Source of the DNA: Lentisphaerota bacterium | GTDB lineage: Bacteria > Verrucomicrobiota > Kiritimatiellia > CAIQIC01 > Lenti-01 | Assembly (NCBI GenBank): GCA_012511885.1 | Contig: JAAZFE010000124.1 | Location: 1-63,451, forward strand | Direction of reading: 5' to 3' | Length of the DNA: 63,451 nt | Part shown: positions 8,592 through 17,643 of the stretch, in pieces | Layout: each line of letters opens with the position of its first letter | Position numbering within the stretch: position 1 is the first letter of the stretch | Notes under the pieces: model-generated | What the model saw: only the letters and a program-made list of their open reading frames with translations | Database searches by the model: none | What the model was told of the DNA's origin: nothing | Program-made: the position numbers and the translations under genes

Positions 8592-9605
8592 TCACACCAC
8601 GCGCACGCCCAGCGGATCCGGGCGCACGGTCATCAGTTCATAGCCGTATTTCGCGCATAGCTCGGCAGGCGCCTCGCGGGTTGCCACCATCACCATCCCG
8701 GCCGCGTCCCCGCCCGCAGCGCCCGCGCCGCAAATTTTCGCCGCGGCGCCAGTGTTTTCCACTTCGGCCACAAAATCGGCCACCCGCCCCGGAACCACCC
8801 CGATCTCGTTCAACAGGCGATGGTTATCCCGCACCGACCGCTGAAAATCCTGCAAATCATCCTGTTCCATGGCCAGCCGCATCCGGCCGGTCACTGCCTC
8901 AAATTCGTCCCAAAGCCCGCTGCGGGGACCCACCCGCCGCGCCACCGCAGATACTGTGTCGCCCGTCGAGCTCGCCGGCTGCCCGGTATTCACAATATAT
9001 AAGGGCATCTGCGGCAGCGGCATCTGCTGCGCCTCCCCCCTCTGGAACCACACACACCCCCCGTGCATCGAAACATAGGTGTCCAACCCGCTCGATTTTC
9101 CATGCTGCAAGTTTTCCACCTCAAGACTGTAGCGCGCGAACCATTCCGGACGGAACTCGACCCGGTAAAAGTGGCCCACGCCCCGCAATACACTCAAAAT
9201 CATGGCCGCCGATGACCCCATCCCGCAGCCAATCGGAATATTCGAGGTCATCCGCACATTCACCCCGCCCCCCATCTTCAGGTGCAGGCCGTCCAGAACC
9301 GTCACAAACGCGAAACGGAACAAATCCACCGGCTTGTGCAACACCTCGCGAATGGACAGTTTCCCCGCCAAAAACTCCTCATAATTTCGAGATACCCGCC
9401 CGTGAAACTCCCGCAACGCGCGCAACGTAAATGAACTGGGCTCAGTTTTGAGGTTGGGCAAATCAAACGACACCGTCCCCGCCACCCCCTCTTCCGTAAT
9501 GAAGGCTTGGGCGTTGCGGTTCACCGCCATGGCAATGGCCGGACGACCATAAACCACCGCGTGTTCACCGCTCAGGATCAATTTACCTGGTGCAACGGTT
9601 TTCAT
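8592..9605 (-). CDS. mvk: Mevalonate kinase
   Basis: APGKLILSGEHAVVYG, GCGMGSSAA, SSGLDTYVSMHGG, KICGAGAAGGD. The ATG is at 9605; the ORF track begins at a TTG at 9611. Confidence 0.8.
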   Translation of the reverse strand: MKTVAPGKLILSGEHAVVYGRPAIAMAVNRNAQAFITEEGVAGTVSFDLPNLKTEPSSFTLRALREFHGRVSRNYEEFLAGKLSIREVLHKPVDLFRFAFVTVLDGLHLKMGGGVNVRMTSNIPIGCGMGSSAAMILSVLRGVGHFYRVEFRPEWFARYSLEVENLQHGKSSGLDTYVSMHGGCVWFQRGEAQQMPLPQMPLYIVNTGQPASSTGDTVSAVARRVGPRSGLWDEFEAVTGRMRLAMEQDDLQDFQRSVRDNHRLLNEIGVVPGRVADFVAEVENTGAAAKICGAGAAGGDAAGMVMVATREAPAELCAKYGYELMTVRPDPLGVRVV

Positions 9606-9809
9606 AGGCAATTCCTGCGTAACCTACCCCCTATCCGCCCCTTTGTAAAGCACCAGCAACCCCCATTTCAGCGCATGGCAGAACTCATTTGCTTCCGATT
9701 CACATCCCATCCCTACAACATTCGCGACCCATGCCTCCATGCAACCCAATCTTGCCGGTTGATCCTATGGCCAGAGTTAGTAGATAGTAGGACTAAACAA
9801 AGCCAGCCC

Positions 9810-10862
9810 ATGACCCCGCGTTGTTCACCGCCAGCCCATGCCCTGCAAACCGGGTTTGGCCTGTTGCTGACCATCCTGCTTCTGGCCAGCTGCGTGCGCA
9901 TGCCTCCAACGCCACCAACTTCCCCATCGCCCCCCGCGCCCCCGGCCCCCCGACCCATGCCCCCGCACCCATCTCCGCCCCCCGTGACACCTGCGCCATC
10001 GGCCCGCCTCTCCACCGACACTTGGATGGCCATTCAGACCCGGCTCGACCGCGACAACTGTTCACCCGGCGGCATTGATGGCCGCTGGGGGTCCAAGAGC
10101 CGCAATGCCCTCATCGCCTGGCAGCTCAAACACGATCGACCGCCAACCGGCGAAATCAGTGCCGACATCCTCCAGCGCCTTGGCGCAACCAACGACCTCA
10201 TGACCACCTGTATGGTCACTGCCGCCGATCATGCGGCTCTGACTCCCACCCCAACCTCCTGGCTTGAACGCTCGCGCATGGAGCGCCTCGGTTTTGCCAC
10301 CATCGAAGAAAAAATGGCTGAAACCTACCACCTGTATCGTGCCGCCCTGCGCAAGTTGAACCCCCGCGCGCCTTGGCCCAATCCTCCGCCCGGCATTCAC
10401 CTTGTCGTTCCCAATGTCCGCGCCCGCCCCCTCCCGGCCCTCTCGCGGATAGATATCCACGTCAGCAAAAAATATCTGCGCGCCTACGACTCCGAAGGCC
10501 GGCTTGCCGCGCACTTTCCATGCTCCATCGCCGCGGATCCCCGCAAACGCCCCATCGGCGACACCCTCCATGTCACGGTCTGGGCCGAAAATCCCGACTA
10601 CACCTTTGATCCCGAACTATTCGCGAATGATCCCGAGTCCGCCACCATCGGCAAACGACTGCGCATCCCCCCGGGCCCCAACAATCCCGTGGGTGTGGCC
10701 TGGATTGGTCTCGATCGTCCCGGCTTTGGCATCCATGGCTCTCCCTCGCCGGAAGAAATCAGCCGGACCGAATCTCTCGGTTGTTTTCGCCTGACCAATT
10801 GGGACGCCGCCAAACTGGTGCGCGCCGTCCATGCCGGCCTCCCCGTCCGCGTACTCCCCTGA
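9810..10862 (+). CDS. Lipoprotein with a peptidoglycan-binding domain and a YkuD L,D-transpeptidase domain
   Basis: Start chosen at the internal ATG that yields the lipobox LLLASC. PG_binding-like DGRWGSKSRNALIAWQ and YkuD motif GIHGSP...SLGCFRL. The longer 9507 ORF is antisense to mvk. Confidence 0.8.
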   Translation: MTPRCSPPAHALQTGFGLLLTILLLASCVRMPPTPPTSPSPPAPPAPRPMPPHPSPPPVTPAPSARLSTDTWMAIQTRLDRDNCSPGGIDGRWGSKSRNALIAWQLKHDRPPTGEISADILQRLGATNDLMTTCMVTAADHAALTPTPTSWLERSRMERLGFATIEEKMAETYHLYRAALRKLNPRAPWPNPPPGIHLVVPNVRARPLPALSRIDIHVSKKYLRAYDSEGRLAAHFPCSIAADPRKRPIGDTLHVTVWAENPDYTFDPELFANDPESATIGKRLRIPPGPNNPVGVAWIGLDRPGFGIHGSPSPEEISRTESLGCFRLTNWDAAKLVRAVHAGLPVRVLP

Positions 10863-10883
10863 ACGCCCGTCAGTATTGATGAA

Positions 10884-11987
10884 TCATTCAGGCTGGTCTT
10901 TGGAAGACCCATCCCGCCCATACAAGAAGCGCAGCCAATGCGGAGTCATCCGCGCCCAGGCCGCTTCATTGTGCTCGGCCTGAGCCTCGATGCGAACCAT
11001 CAGCCGCCCGCCGGGAAAGCCCGTCTTTTTCAACAAATCCGCCATTTTCAAGGTGCCATCCAGCAAACGCGCCTCCAAATCCCCCGCTCCGCCGCAGGAT
11101 AGAAAGAGCCGGATGCCGGGCAATTTATCCCCGCTGTCCTTGACCATCTGAAAGCTCGCCTCGCCAAACTCCCGGATAAAGGCGGGCGACAAACAAGCCG
11201 CCCCCTCAAACACGTCCGGATGCTTCCATCCCGCGTAAAATGAAATCAGCCCACCCATGCTCGATCCGGCAATGCTTGTTCGTTCCGGCTCCGTTCGCCA
11301 TCCCTCATCCACCAGAGGCTTAAGCTCCTCGAGCAGAAAGCGCAAATAGTCCTTGCCTTGACGCGCCGGCGCGTATTCCTCGTGGCGGGCATCCGTGCAA
11401 TCCACCGCCACCACAATAAACGGCTCCAACTCCCCGTTGGCAATCATCTCCTCCGCCCACTCATCCACTTGCCAATCCTGACCCCATGTCGAAGTGGTCG
11501 GATCAAACACCTGCCGGCCATCGTGCATATAAAGCACGGGAAACCGCTGTTCCGGCAGCTCCTCATAGCCCGGTGGCAGCCACACAATCACATCCCGCTC
11601 ACGCTTGAGAAATCTCGAAGCCACCCGGGGCAACACGACGTAATTGCCGGTGATCCGCGGCCCGGTCATCTCCTGAACGCTATCCTTCCATGCCGTCACA
11701 TTCACCACAATCTGACCTCCCTCCTGCGGTTCCAGCAACCGGTTGCCCGGCACGCGTCCATTGGCATCTACGGCTTCCGTGGACCAGGTTCCCCGCGTTA
11801 TCTTGAACTCAACCGGCTGGTCCGACCGCAGGCGCAATGGCGCTTCCCAACGATTCTCATCCATCCGCGTCATCGGTATGGCATCCGGACTCCACGCACC
11901 CAACTCCGCGGTCGAACCCGTCAAAAACACCTGCTCCCCCACCCCCAGGCTCACCGCCGTCTGCACCACCACCAGCATGCGAATCAT
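10884..11987 (-). CDS. CBM20-like carbohydrate-binding module fused to an esterase (putative-esterase/esterase D fold)
   Basis: N-terminal VFLTGSTAELGAWSPDAIPMTRMDENRWEAPL...EFKITRG. Esterase part has PVLYMHDGRQVF and the nucleophile elbow GSSMGG. GAGGAG lies upstream of the ATG at 11987. Confidence 0.65.
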   Translation of the reverse strand: MIRMLVVVQTAVSLGVGEQVFLTGSTAELGAWSPDAIPMTRMDENRWEAPLRLRSDQPVEFKITRGTWSTEAVDANGRVPGNRLLEPQEGGQIVVNVTAWKDSVQEMTGPRITGNYVVLPRVASRFLKRERDVIVWLPPGYEELPEQRFPVLYMHDGRQVFDPTTSTWGQDWQVDEWAEEMIANGELEPFIVVAVDCTDARHEEYAPARQGKDYLRFLLEELKPLVDEGWRTEPERTSIAGSSMGGLISFYAGWKHPDVFEGAACLSPAFIREFGEASFQMVKDSGDKLPGIRLFLSCGGAGDLEARLLDGTLKMADLLKKTGFPGGRLMVRIEAQAEHNEAAWARMTPHWLRFLYGRDGSSKDQPE

Positions 11988-12185
11988 TTTGGTCTCCTCA
12001 CGCGCAACATCCCGAGCGCGCAACATTCTTATGTCCTTCTCCGCGCCAATACAATCGCCAAATCCTCCCCGGCCGGAAAAACCGACCCCATCCAATTTCT
12101 GTTCCGCAGTTTTGAACGTCCTTCCCGCCTTGCCGCGGAACCCTCCCTTGGGCTATGCTCCGGCAAACCTTCAGAGGAGCTTTTT

Positions 12186-12983
12186 ATGATCCATCCAACG
12201 GCCATTGTCGAGTCGGGCGCCCGGCTGGGCGCGAATGTGCAAATCGGTCCCGGGGCCTACATCGCGCCCACCGCGGTGATTGGCGAAGGCTGCATCCTTG
12301 GTCCCCATGCCGTTGTGCTGGACCATGTCACTCTCGGCAACCACTGCAAGCTGCATGCCGGCGCCGTCATTGGCGACCTGCCCCAAGACCTGTCCTTTAG
12401 CGGCGAACCATCCTATGTGGTCACCGGCGACCACTGCACCTTCCGTGAAGGCGTCACCGTCCATCGCGGAACCAAACCCGGCAGCACCACCCAACTGGGC
12501 AGCCACGTCTTCATGATGGCCAATTCCCATGTCGCCCACAATTGCGCCGTGGGCGACCACGTCATCATGGCCAATGGCGTCCTTTTGGCCGGACACGTCG
12601 CCATTGGCGACCGGGTGTTCATGGGCGGAAGCTCCGCGGTCCATCAGTTCTGCAATATTGGCCGTCTCGCCATGATTGGTGCCATGGGGGCCATCATCAA
12701 GGACGTCCCCCCGTTCTGTATCACCGCCACCTTGGAAGCCAGCACTGTATATGGACTCAACCTCATCGGCCTGCGGCGCGCGGGCCTCGAACCCGCCGAA
12801 CGTGACCAAATCAAACAAGCTTTTGACATCCTCTACCGCTCCGGACTCAATGTCACCCAGGCCAAGGCCGCCCTTCGTACCGACACAGCCAACCTCTTCT
12901 CGGCGGAATACGCGGACTTCCTCGAAAAGACCACCCGTGGAATCTGCCGCTATCGTTTCGCCGACCACGCCTCGAATGACTGA
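12186..12983 (+). CDS. lpxA: Acyl-ACP--UDP-N-acetylglucosamine O-acyltransferase
   Basis: MIHPTAIVESGARLG followed by a hexapeptide-repeat left-handed beta-helix, then the C-terminal helical part YGLNLIGLRRAG...AFDILYRSG. GAGGAG lies upstream of the ATG. Confidence 0.9.
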   Translation: MIHPTAIVESGARLGANVQIGPGAYIAPTAVIGEGCILGPHAVVLDHVTLGNHCKLHAGAVIGDLPQDLSFSGEPSYVVTGDHCTFREGVTVHRGTKPGSTTQLGSHVFMMANSHVAHNCAVGDHVIMANGVLLAGHVAIGDRVFMGGSSAVHQFCNIGRLAMIGAMGAIIKDVPPFCITATLEASTVYGLNLIGLRRAGLEPAERDQIKQAFDILYRSGLNVTQAKAALRTDTANLFSAEYADFLEKTTRGICRYRFADHASND

Positions 12984-13848
12984 AGCTCCTGCCATTCAAG
13001 TTGCTCTAGGTGGAATCCCGGCGTACGAACTCCTCGACTCCGGCAACCGGCGCAAACTTGAACGCTTCGGCTCGGTCACTCTGATCCGCGGCGAACCCAA
13101 GGCGTGGTGGCAGCCCGCACTGTCCAAACGCGACTGGAACCGGGCCCGGGCCGTCCATCACGAAGATACCGGCTGGCAACTGCAGCCCGGCTGCCCTCGC
13201 TCTTGGGATCTGAACGAAGGCAACCTCACGTTCCGCGCCCGCATTTCCGACACAAGCAAGCACCTGGGCCTGTTCCCCGAACAAGCGCCCCACTGGCAGG
13301 CTATTCGCAAGATGGCAACTCCCGGCGCGCGCCTGCTCAATCTCTTTGGCTATACCGGAGCCGCCACCCTTGTGGCCGCCGAAGCCGGATGGCAGCCCAC
13401 CCACGTGGATGCTTCCAAACCCGCCGTCGCTTGGGCCCGCCAAAACCAATCCGCCTCCAACCTTGATCAGAAACCCATTCGCTGGATTGTCGAAGATGCC
13501 ATGAAATATGTTCGCCGCGAAATCAAGCGCGGCTCCCGCTATGACGGCATTCTCCTTGACCCGCCCGCCTTCGGCCGCGGCCCCGACGGCAACATCTGGA
13601 AGGTTGAACGTCAGTTGTCGGAACTTCTCGATCTTTGCCGCCAGGTCCTCACCCCCCGTCCCCGCCTGCTCATCCTCACCACCTACAACATCGAGGCCTC
13701 TTCCCTCATGCTCCACAACCTTCTCGGCGACGTAATGAAGCCCTATGGCGGCCACCTTGAAGCCGGCGAGCTGGCCCTGTCACACTTCGCCAAACCGGAC
13801 CGCCTCCTGCCCCTTTCCATCTATGCCCGCTGGACAGTCAAACCCTGA
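12976..13848 (+). CDS. Class I SAM-dependent methyltransferase (RlmI/YwbD-like)
   Basis: LNLFGYTGAATLVAA (motif I) and LLDPPAFGRG (motif IV). 8-nt overlap (ATGACTGA) with the lpxA stop. Confidence 0.7.
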   Translation: MTEAPAIQVALGGIPAYELLDSGNRRKLERFGSVTLIRGEPKAWWQPALSKRDWNRARAVHHEDTGWQLQPGCPRSWDLNEGNLTFRARISDTSKHLGLFPEQAPHWQAIRKMATPGARLLNLFGYTGAATLVAAEAGWQPTHVDASKPAVAWARQNQSASNLDQKPIRWIVEDAMKYVRREIKRGSRYDGILLDPPAFGRGPDGNIWKVERQLSELLDLCRQVLTPRPRLLILTTYNIEASSLMLHNLLGDVMKPYGGHLEAGELALSHFAKPDRLLPLSIYARWTVKP

Positions 13849-13893
13849 ATCTTTGCCCGCATCAACGTCCGAGTTGTTGCGTTTGGCCAATCA

Positions 13894-14847
13894 ATGAAAA
13901 CTCTCCGCGATATCGGCGAAAACGAGCTCCTCCGCCAACTGCTCCCGCGCCTGCCCCAACAATCCGGAACCGTGACCGGTCCCGGCGATGATTGCGCTGT
14001 CCTACGACTCCCCGGCACATCCCAAGACCTTCTGCTCACCACCGACCCGGTCATTGAACATCAACATTTCACTCCCGACACCCCCCCCCGCCTCATCGGG
14101 CGCAAGGCCATTGCCCGCGCCATCTCCGACATCGCCGCCATGGGCGGCGTCCCCAAATGGCTCCTTGTCAATTTGGTGGCTCCCGCAGACTCTCCTCTCT
14201 CGCGCGTCCGCCAAATCCAGAATGGTCTGATCCAAGCCGCCAAAACATGGCGCTTGGGCATTCTCGGCGGCGACACCGCCGAAGGCAACTCTCTCGAGCT
14301 CCATACCACCGCCATCGGCCTGATTCCCCGGGGAACCGCCATCTTGCGCTCCGGCGCCCGCCCCCGCGACATCATCTATGTCACCGGCTCTCTTGGCGCA
14401 TCATGGCATCAGGGCAATCGCCATCATCTAACCTTTCAACCACGTCTTAAAGCCGGCCAATTTCTCGCGAAACACCGCTATGCCACCTCCATGATTGATC
14501 TCTCCGACGGCCTCGCCACCGATCTCACCCGCCTCCTCGATGCCTCAACCTGCGGCGCTCATGTTCACGCTGATGCCATCCCCATCTCCCCCGCCGCCCG
14601 GAAAACCGATGCCCCCCTTGAACACGCTCTCAGCGATGGCGAAGATTTCGAGCTGCTCTTCACGGTTTCCCTCCGGAAAGTCCGTCGTTTTGAAGCCGCT
14701 TGGCATCAATGTTTCCCCCGTCTTCCCGCAACCCGCATCGGTGAAATCCTCTCTGATCCCCGCCGACGCCAGCTCCTTCACCCCAACGCCCCCCCCGCCC
14801 CTCTTCACCCTACCGGGTTTCAGCATTTCTCCCCGCCCGCACCATAA
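13894..14847 (+). CDS. thiL: Thiamine-monophosphate kinase
   Basis: GENELLRQL, GPGDDCAVL, LLTTDPVIEHQHF, AISDIAAMGG and DLSDGLATDL. Confidence 0.85.
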   Translation: MKTLRDIGENELLRQLLPRLPQQSGTVTGPGDDCAVLRLPGTSQDLLLTTDPVIEHQHFTPDTPPRLIGRKAIARAISDIAAMGGVPKWLLVNLVAPADSPLSRVRQIQNGLIQAAKTWRLGILGGDTAEGNSLELHTTAIGLIPRGTAILRSGARPRDIIYVTGSLGASWHQGNRHHLTFQPRLKAGQFLAKHRYATSMIDLSDGLATDLTRLLDASTCGAHVHADAIPISPAARKTDAPLEHALSDGEDFELLFTVSLRKVRRFEAAWHQCFPRLPATRIGEILSDPRRRQLLHPNAPPAPLHPTGFQHFSPPAP

Positions 14848-14885
14848 TCCCCCTCCAGTACCCGCCCGATCCGTTCCCGTTGACC

Positions 14886-16040
14886 TTACTTCCCCATCAC
14901 ATCTCGATATAGCTCCGCAAACTGCTTCAAAACTTGAGCTGAATCATGGTTTCTCTCGACATATTCGCGTCCCCGCCCCCCCAGGGCTTTGGCCTGGTCA
15001 GCATGGACCAATAGGTCAACCCACGCCATGGCAACATCGTCAGGAGACGCATCGACGGGCAAAAGCCGACCGGTAACTTCATCCTGTACAAGTTCACGAT
15101 TGCCGCCACAATCCGTAGCCAAAACCGGCAAACCTGCCGCCATATATTCCAAAATCGTATTAGAAAGGCCTTCGTTCCGGCTCGGCACCAGCGCACCAAC
15201 CTCGCCAAGCTTCAAAAGCGGGGGCACTTCATGTACTTCCCCAAGAAAACATACCGCATCGACCACCCCCAAGGCCATAGCCCGCTCACGAAGCTTGCTC
15301 ATCTCCGGCCCAACGCCTGACACAATCAAAACTGCGTCCGGTATTTCTTGCCGCACCAAGGGAAGTGCATCAATCAATAAACCTGTGTTTTTCTCCGGAT
15401 CCAACCGGTTCACCACCATCAACCGTTGACCCTCAGGCAATTCATCGCTGCGTGGAAACGCCTGTCGGGCCTGAGCATCAAACCCCTCCAAATCCAATAT
15501 GTTGGGTACAACACGGGTCTTGGCTTCGGACAATCCTCGGGCAATAAAGTGGGCTTTCACCGCTCGAGCGTTGACCACCACACGAATGGCCCCTCGATCC
15601 GCCCATCGCATCATAACCAGTTTCCAACGAGGATAGATCTCGCCAAGATCGCGTCGACTCGTCGTGTGTTTGATCCCCGCCCAGCGGGCGGCAATCTGTC
15701 CAAAAATAGCCGCATCCGCGTCCCAGGCGTGAAGAATATCGATCTTTTCCCGCCGCAACCACTTGGAAAAACGCCAAAGCTCAACCAATGTGCTCCACCG
15801 GGCCAAATGCCGGATTTTCAACTCATACACCGGGCCGCATACCTCCTCAACAGCCTCCAAATAAAATCCCCGCCGATGAAATGCCGCCACCCGGTGATCC
15901 TGCCCCAATCCGGCCAGACCCAGCACCACCTGCGCGCACTGCCCCTCCGTCCCCCCCCGGATAAGGTCGTATACAAGATGAGCCACCCGCGACTCGCTCA
16001 CGGCAGAACGGTCTCCATCAGGCAACTGACTTCTTGACAT
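14886..16040 (-). CDS. GT4-family glycosyltransferase
   Basis: C-terminal LVPSRNEGLSNTILEYMAAGLPVLATDCGGNRELV (EX7E-type motif). ATG at 16040; the longer ORF would overlap the upstream gene. Confidence 0.85.
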   Translation of the reverse strand: MSRSQLPDGDRSAVSESRVAHLVYDLIRGGTEGQCAQVVLGLAGLGQDHRVAAFHRRGFYLEAVEEVCGPVYELKIRHLARWSTLVELWRFSKWLRREKIDILHAWDADAAIFGQIAARWAGIKHTTSRRDLGEIYPRWKLVMMRWADRGAIRVVVNARAVKAHFIARGLSEAKTRVVPNILDLEGFDAQARQAFPRSDELPEGQRLMVVNRLDPEKNTGLLIDALPLVRQEIPDAVLIVSGVGPEMSKLRERAMALGVVDAVCFLGEVHEVPPLLKLGEVGALVPSRNEGLSNTILEYMAAGLPVLATDCGGNRELVQDEVTGRLLPVDASPDDVAMAWVDLLVHADQAKALGGRGREYVERNHDSAQVLKQFAELYRDVMGK

Positions 16041-16098
16041 ATAAAACAAACGGCGATGGTTACATTCCTGCTGCTGACAACACTCAACCGACCCAACA

Positions 16099-17397
16099 TC
16101 ATGCCGATTCTTCCCGTACGACACGAACGGCACGAATCCGCTTGCGATCCTCTTCCACGCGCAACAACCCAATCAACGCCGATGTGCAACCCGCCAGCAG
16201 CATCATGGGCGGAAACCATACCGATGGACAAAAATAACCCCCAACGGCGGTGGCAATCCCCTGCATTTGCAGGGTCCAGCCCAAAGCTGATATGGCGGGC
16301 CACGCTTTTGCTTTCCATTGAATCCAGCGTCCGCCAAATATCGTAAGTCCAACCAACCCCGCGTACAGTCCCATCCCAATAAAACCCATCTGGCGACCAG
16401 CCATCAGAATCTCGCAATGCACTTGGCCGCGCGCCATCGGGAAATCTCCGATATATTGCGATGGATCCGGATACACCCCGACGCCGAATACCGGATAGGC
16501 TTTAATCAGAGCCCAAGTGTCTCGATTTTTGGCTTTTCGCTCTTGCGCAGACTGCTGATCCTGAGTGAGAGGTCCACCCGCATCCTCTTCATTTTTTCCG
16601 AACATGAAGGAGAATACCGACTCCGGTATGGTTCGGAACCGCTGCTTGTTGCCCTCGCTGGTCAGCGGATAGATCAGTGCAATGGCGACGATGCCCACAA
16701 GAAGGGTCTTCCATCGCCGCCCAATGTAATGCGGAACCAAAAAAAACGCCATGGCAATCAGCGTCACCATCCCGGTTCGGCTACCGGTTTCAAAAATAAT
16801 CATGACCGCGGCAAACGCACAAAGCAGAAAGCCGTACTTTTGCCATTTTTTTGTGCCTTGCTGGTAGGCGTACAGGTACAATGGCAGGAATACGCACATC
16901 ATGTAGGCAAAGCTGTTCGGGTTTTCAATCAGTGAAACCGCCGCACCCATCAGGCGGTCGCCCGCATAGGTTGCACCAGAACGAATCAACTGCACCCCGG
17001 CTTTGATCCACCACAAAGTAGACACCAGTGCCACCATCTGTACCGTCCACACCCGTTCGAAGGTGACGGCTGTCGCCTCCACCATAATCAGGAGCAGCGA
17101 ATTTTTAACAATGGTATCCAAGTACGGATTCCATGCCGAAGACCTTTGAAACACCCCGATATGCTGGGAGAGAAAAGCAAAAAACAACAAAAGCAACGCC
17201 AGTATCGTTCCGGGCCCCAAGCGAATAATCGGCCGGTTTTCCTCCAAACACGCAAGAATATGCAATACCGCACCGATAGCAACCGACACATACGCAATGC
17301 GTAGCGGCCACAAAAACATGAACCGATTCTGCGGCTGCACCAGCAAAATCACCACATACCACAGTAAAAACCGAAACGCCCAGAGATTCATGATCAA
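16099..17397 (-). CDS. O-antigen ligase/Wzy_C-family polytopic membrane protein
   Basis: About 10-12 hydrophobic segments, ETGSRTGMVTLIAM, and a large loop. The ORF begins at TTG 17397; the first ATG is at 17391. Confidence 0.7.
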   Translation of the reverse strand: MIMNLWAFRFLLWYVVILLVQPQNRFMFLWPLRIAYVSVAIGAVLHILACLEENRPIIRLGPGTILALLLLFFAFLSQHIGVFQRSSAWNPYLDTIVKNSLLLIMVEATAVTFERVWTVQMVALVSTLWWIKAGVQLIRSGATYAGDRLMGAAVSLIENPNSFAYMMCVFLPLYLYAYQQGTKKWQKYGFLLCAFAAVMIIFETGSRTGMVTLIAMAFFLVPHYIGRRWKTLLVGIVAIALIYPLTSEGNKQRFRTIPESVFSFMFGKNEEDAGGPLTQDQQSAQERKAKNRDTWALIKAYPVFGVGVYPDPSQYIGDFPMARGQVHCEILMAGRQMGFIGMGLYAGLVGLTIFGGRWIQWKAKAWPAISALGWTLQMQGIATAVGGYFCPSVWFPPMMLLAGCTSALIGLLRVEEDRKRIRAVRVVREESA

Positions 17398-17487
17398 CGA
17401 TCGCTCTTAGTCCACTAATCTCATTCAGCATTCATATCTTGAACAGTCATTGAGTCGGCATCATAGACTACCCCAACCAGTCTCGCA

Positions 17488-17514
17488 ATCAGCAACTAAA
17501 CATCAGCAACTAAA
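17488..17514 (+). repeat. Two tandem 13-mers ATCAGCAACTAAA (14-bp period) in an AT-richer divergent intergenic region
   Basis: Read directly at 17488-17500 and 17502-17514, between the divergent Wzy-like and mdcA-like genes. Confidence 0.85.
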
Positions 17515-17643
17515 TATGGCCATAAATGCCTGCGAAACAGCGCATGATTCGTGAGATAATGTGGCGCATGTCCGCCGTAGAATAACATAGCTGTATTGGA
17601 AGAGAATATTACACTATAATGCGCGCATACAGAAAGGGTTGAT

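Noticed and set aside
6422-9430. + strand ORFs 6422-7420 (332 aa) and 7862-9430 (522 aa)
   Set aside because: They are antisense to the mevalonate operon genes and are Pro/Arg/Ser-rich without motifs.
11358-12185. N-terminal 276-aa extension of the lpxA ORF (ORF track 11358-12983)
   Set aside because: The extension is antisense to the CBM20-esterase gene and is His/Arg/Pro-rich. The lpxA homology starts at MIHPTAIVESG, with a GAGGAG Shine-Dalgarno sequence at 12186.
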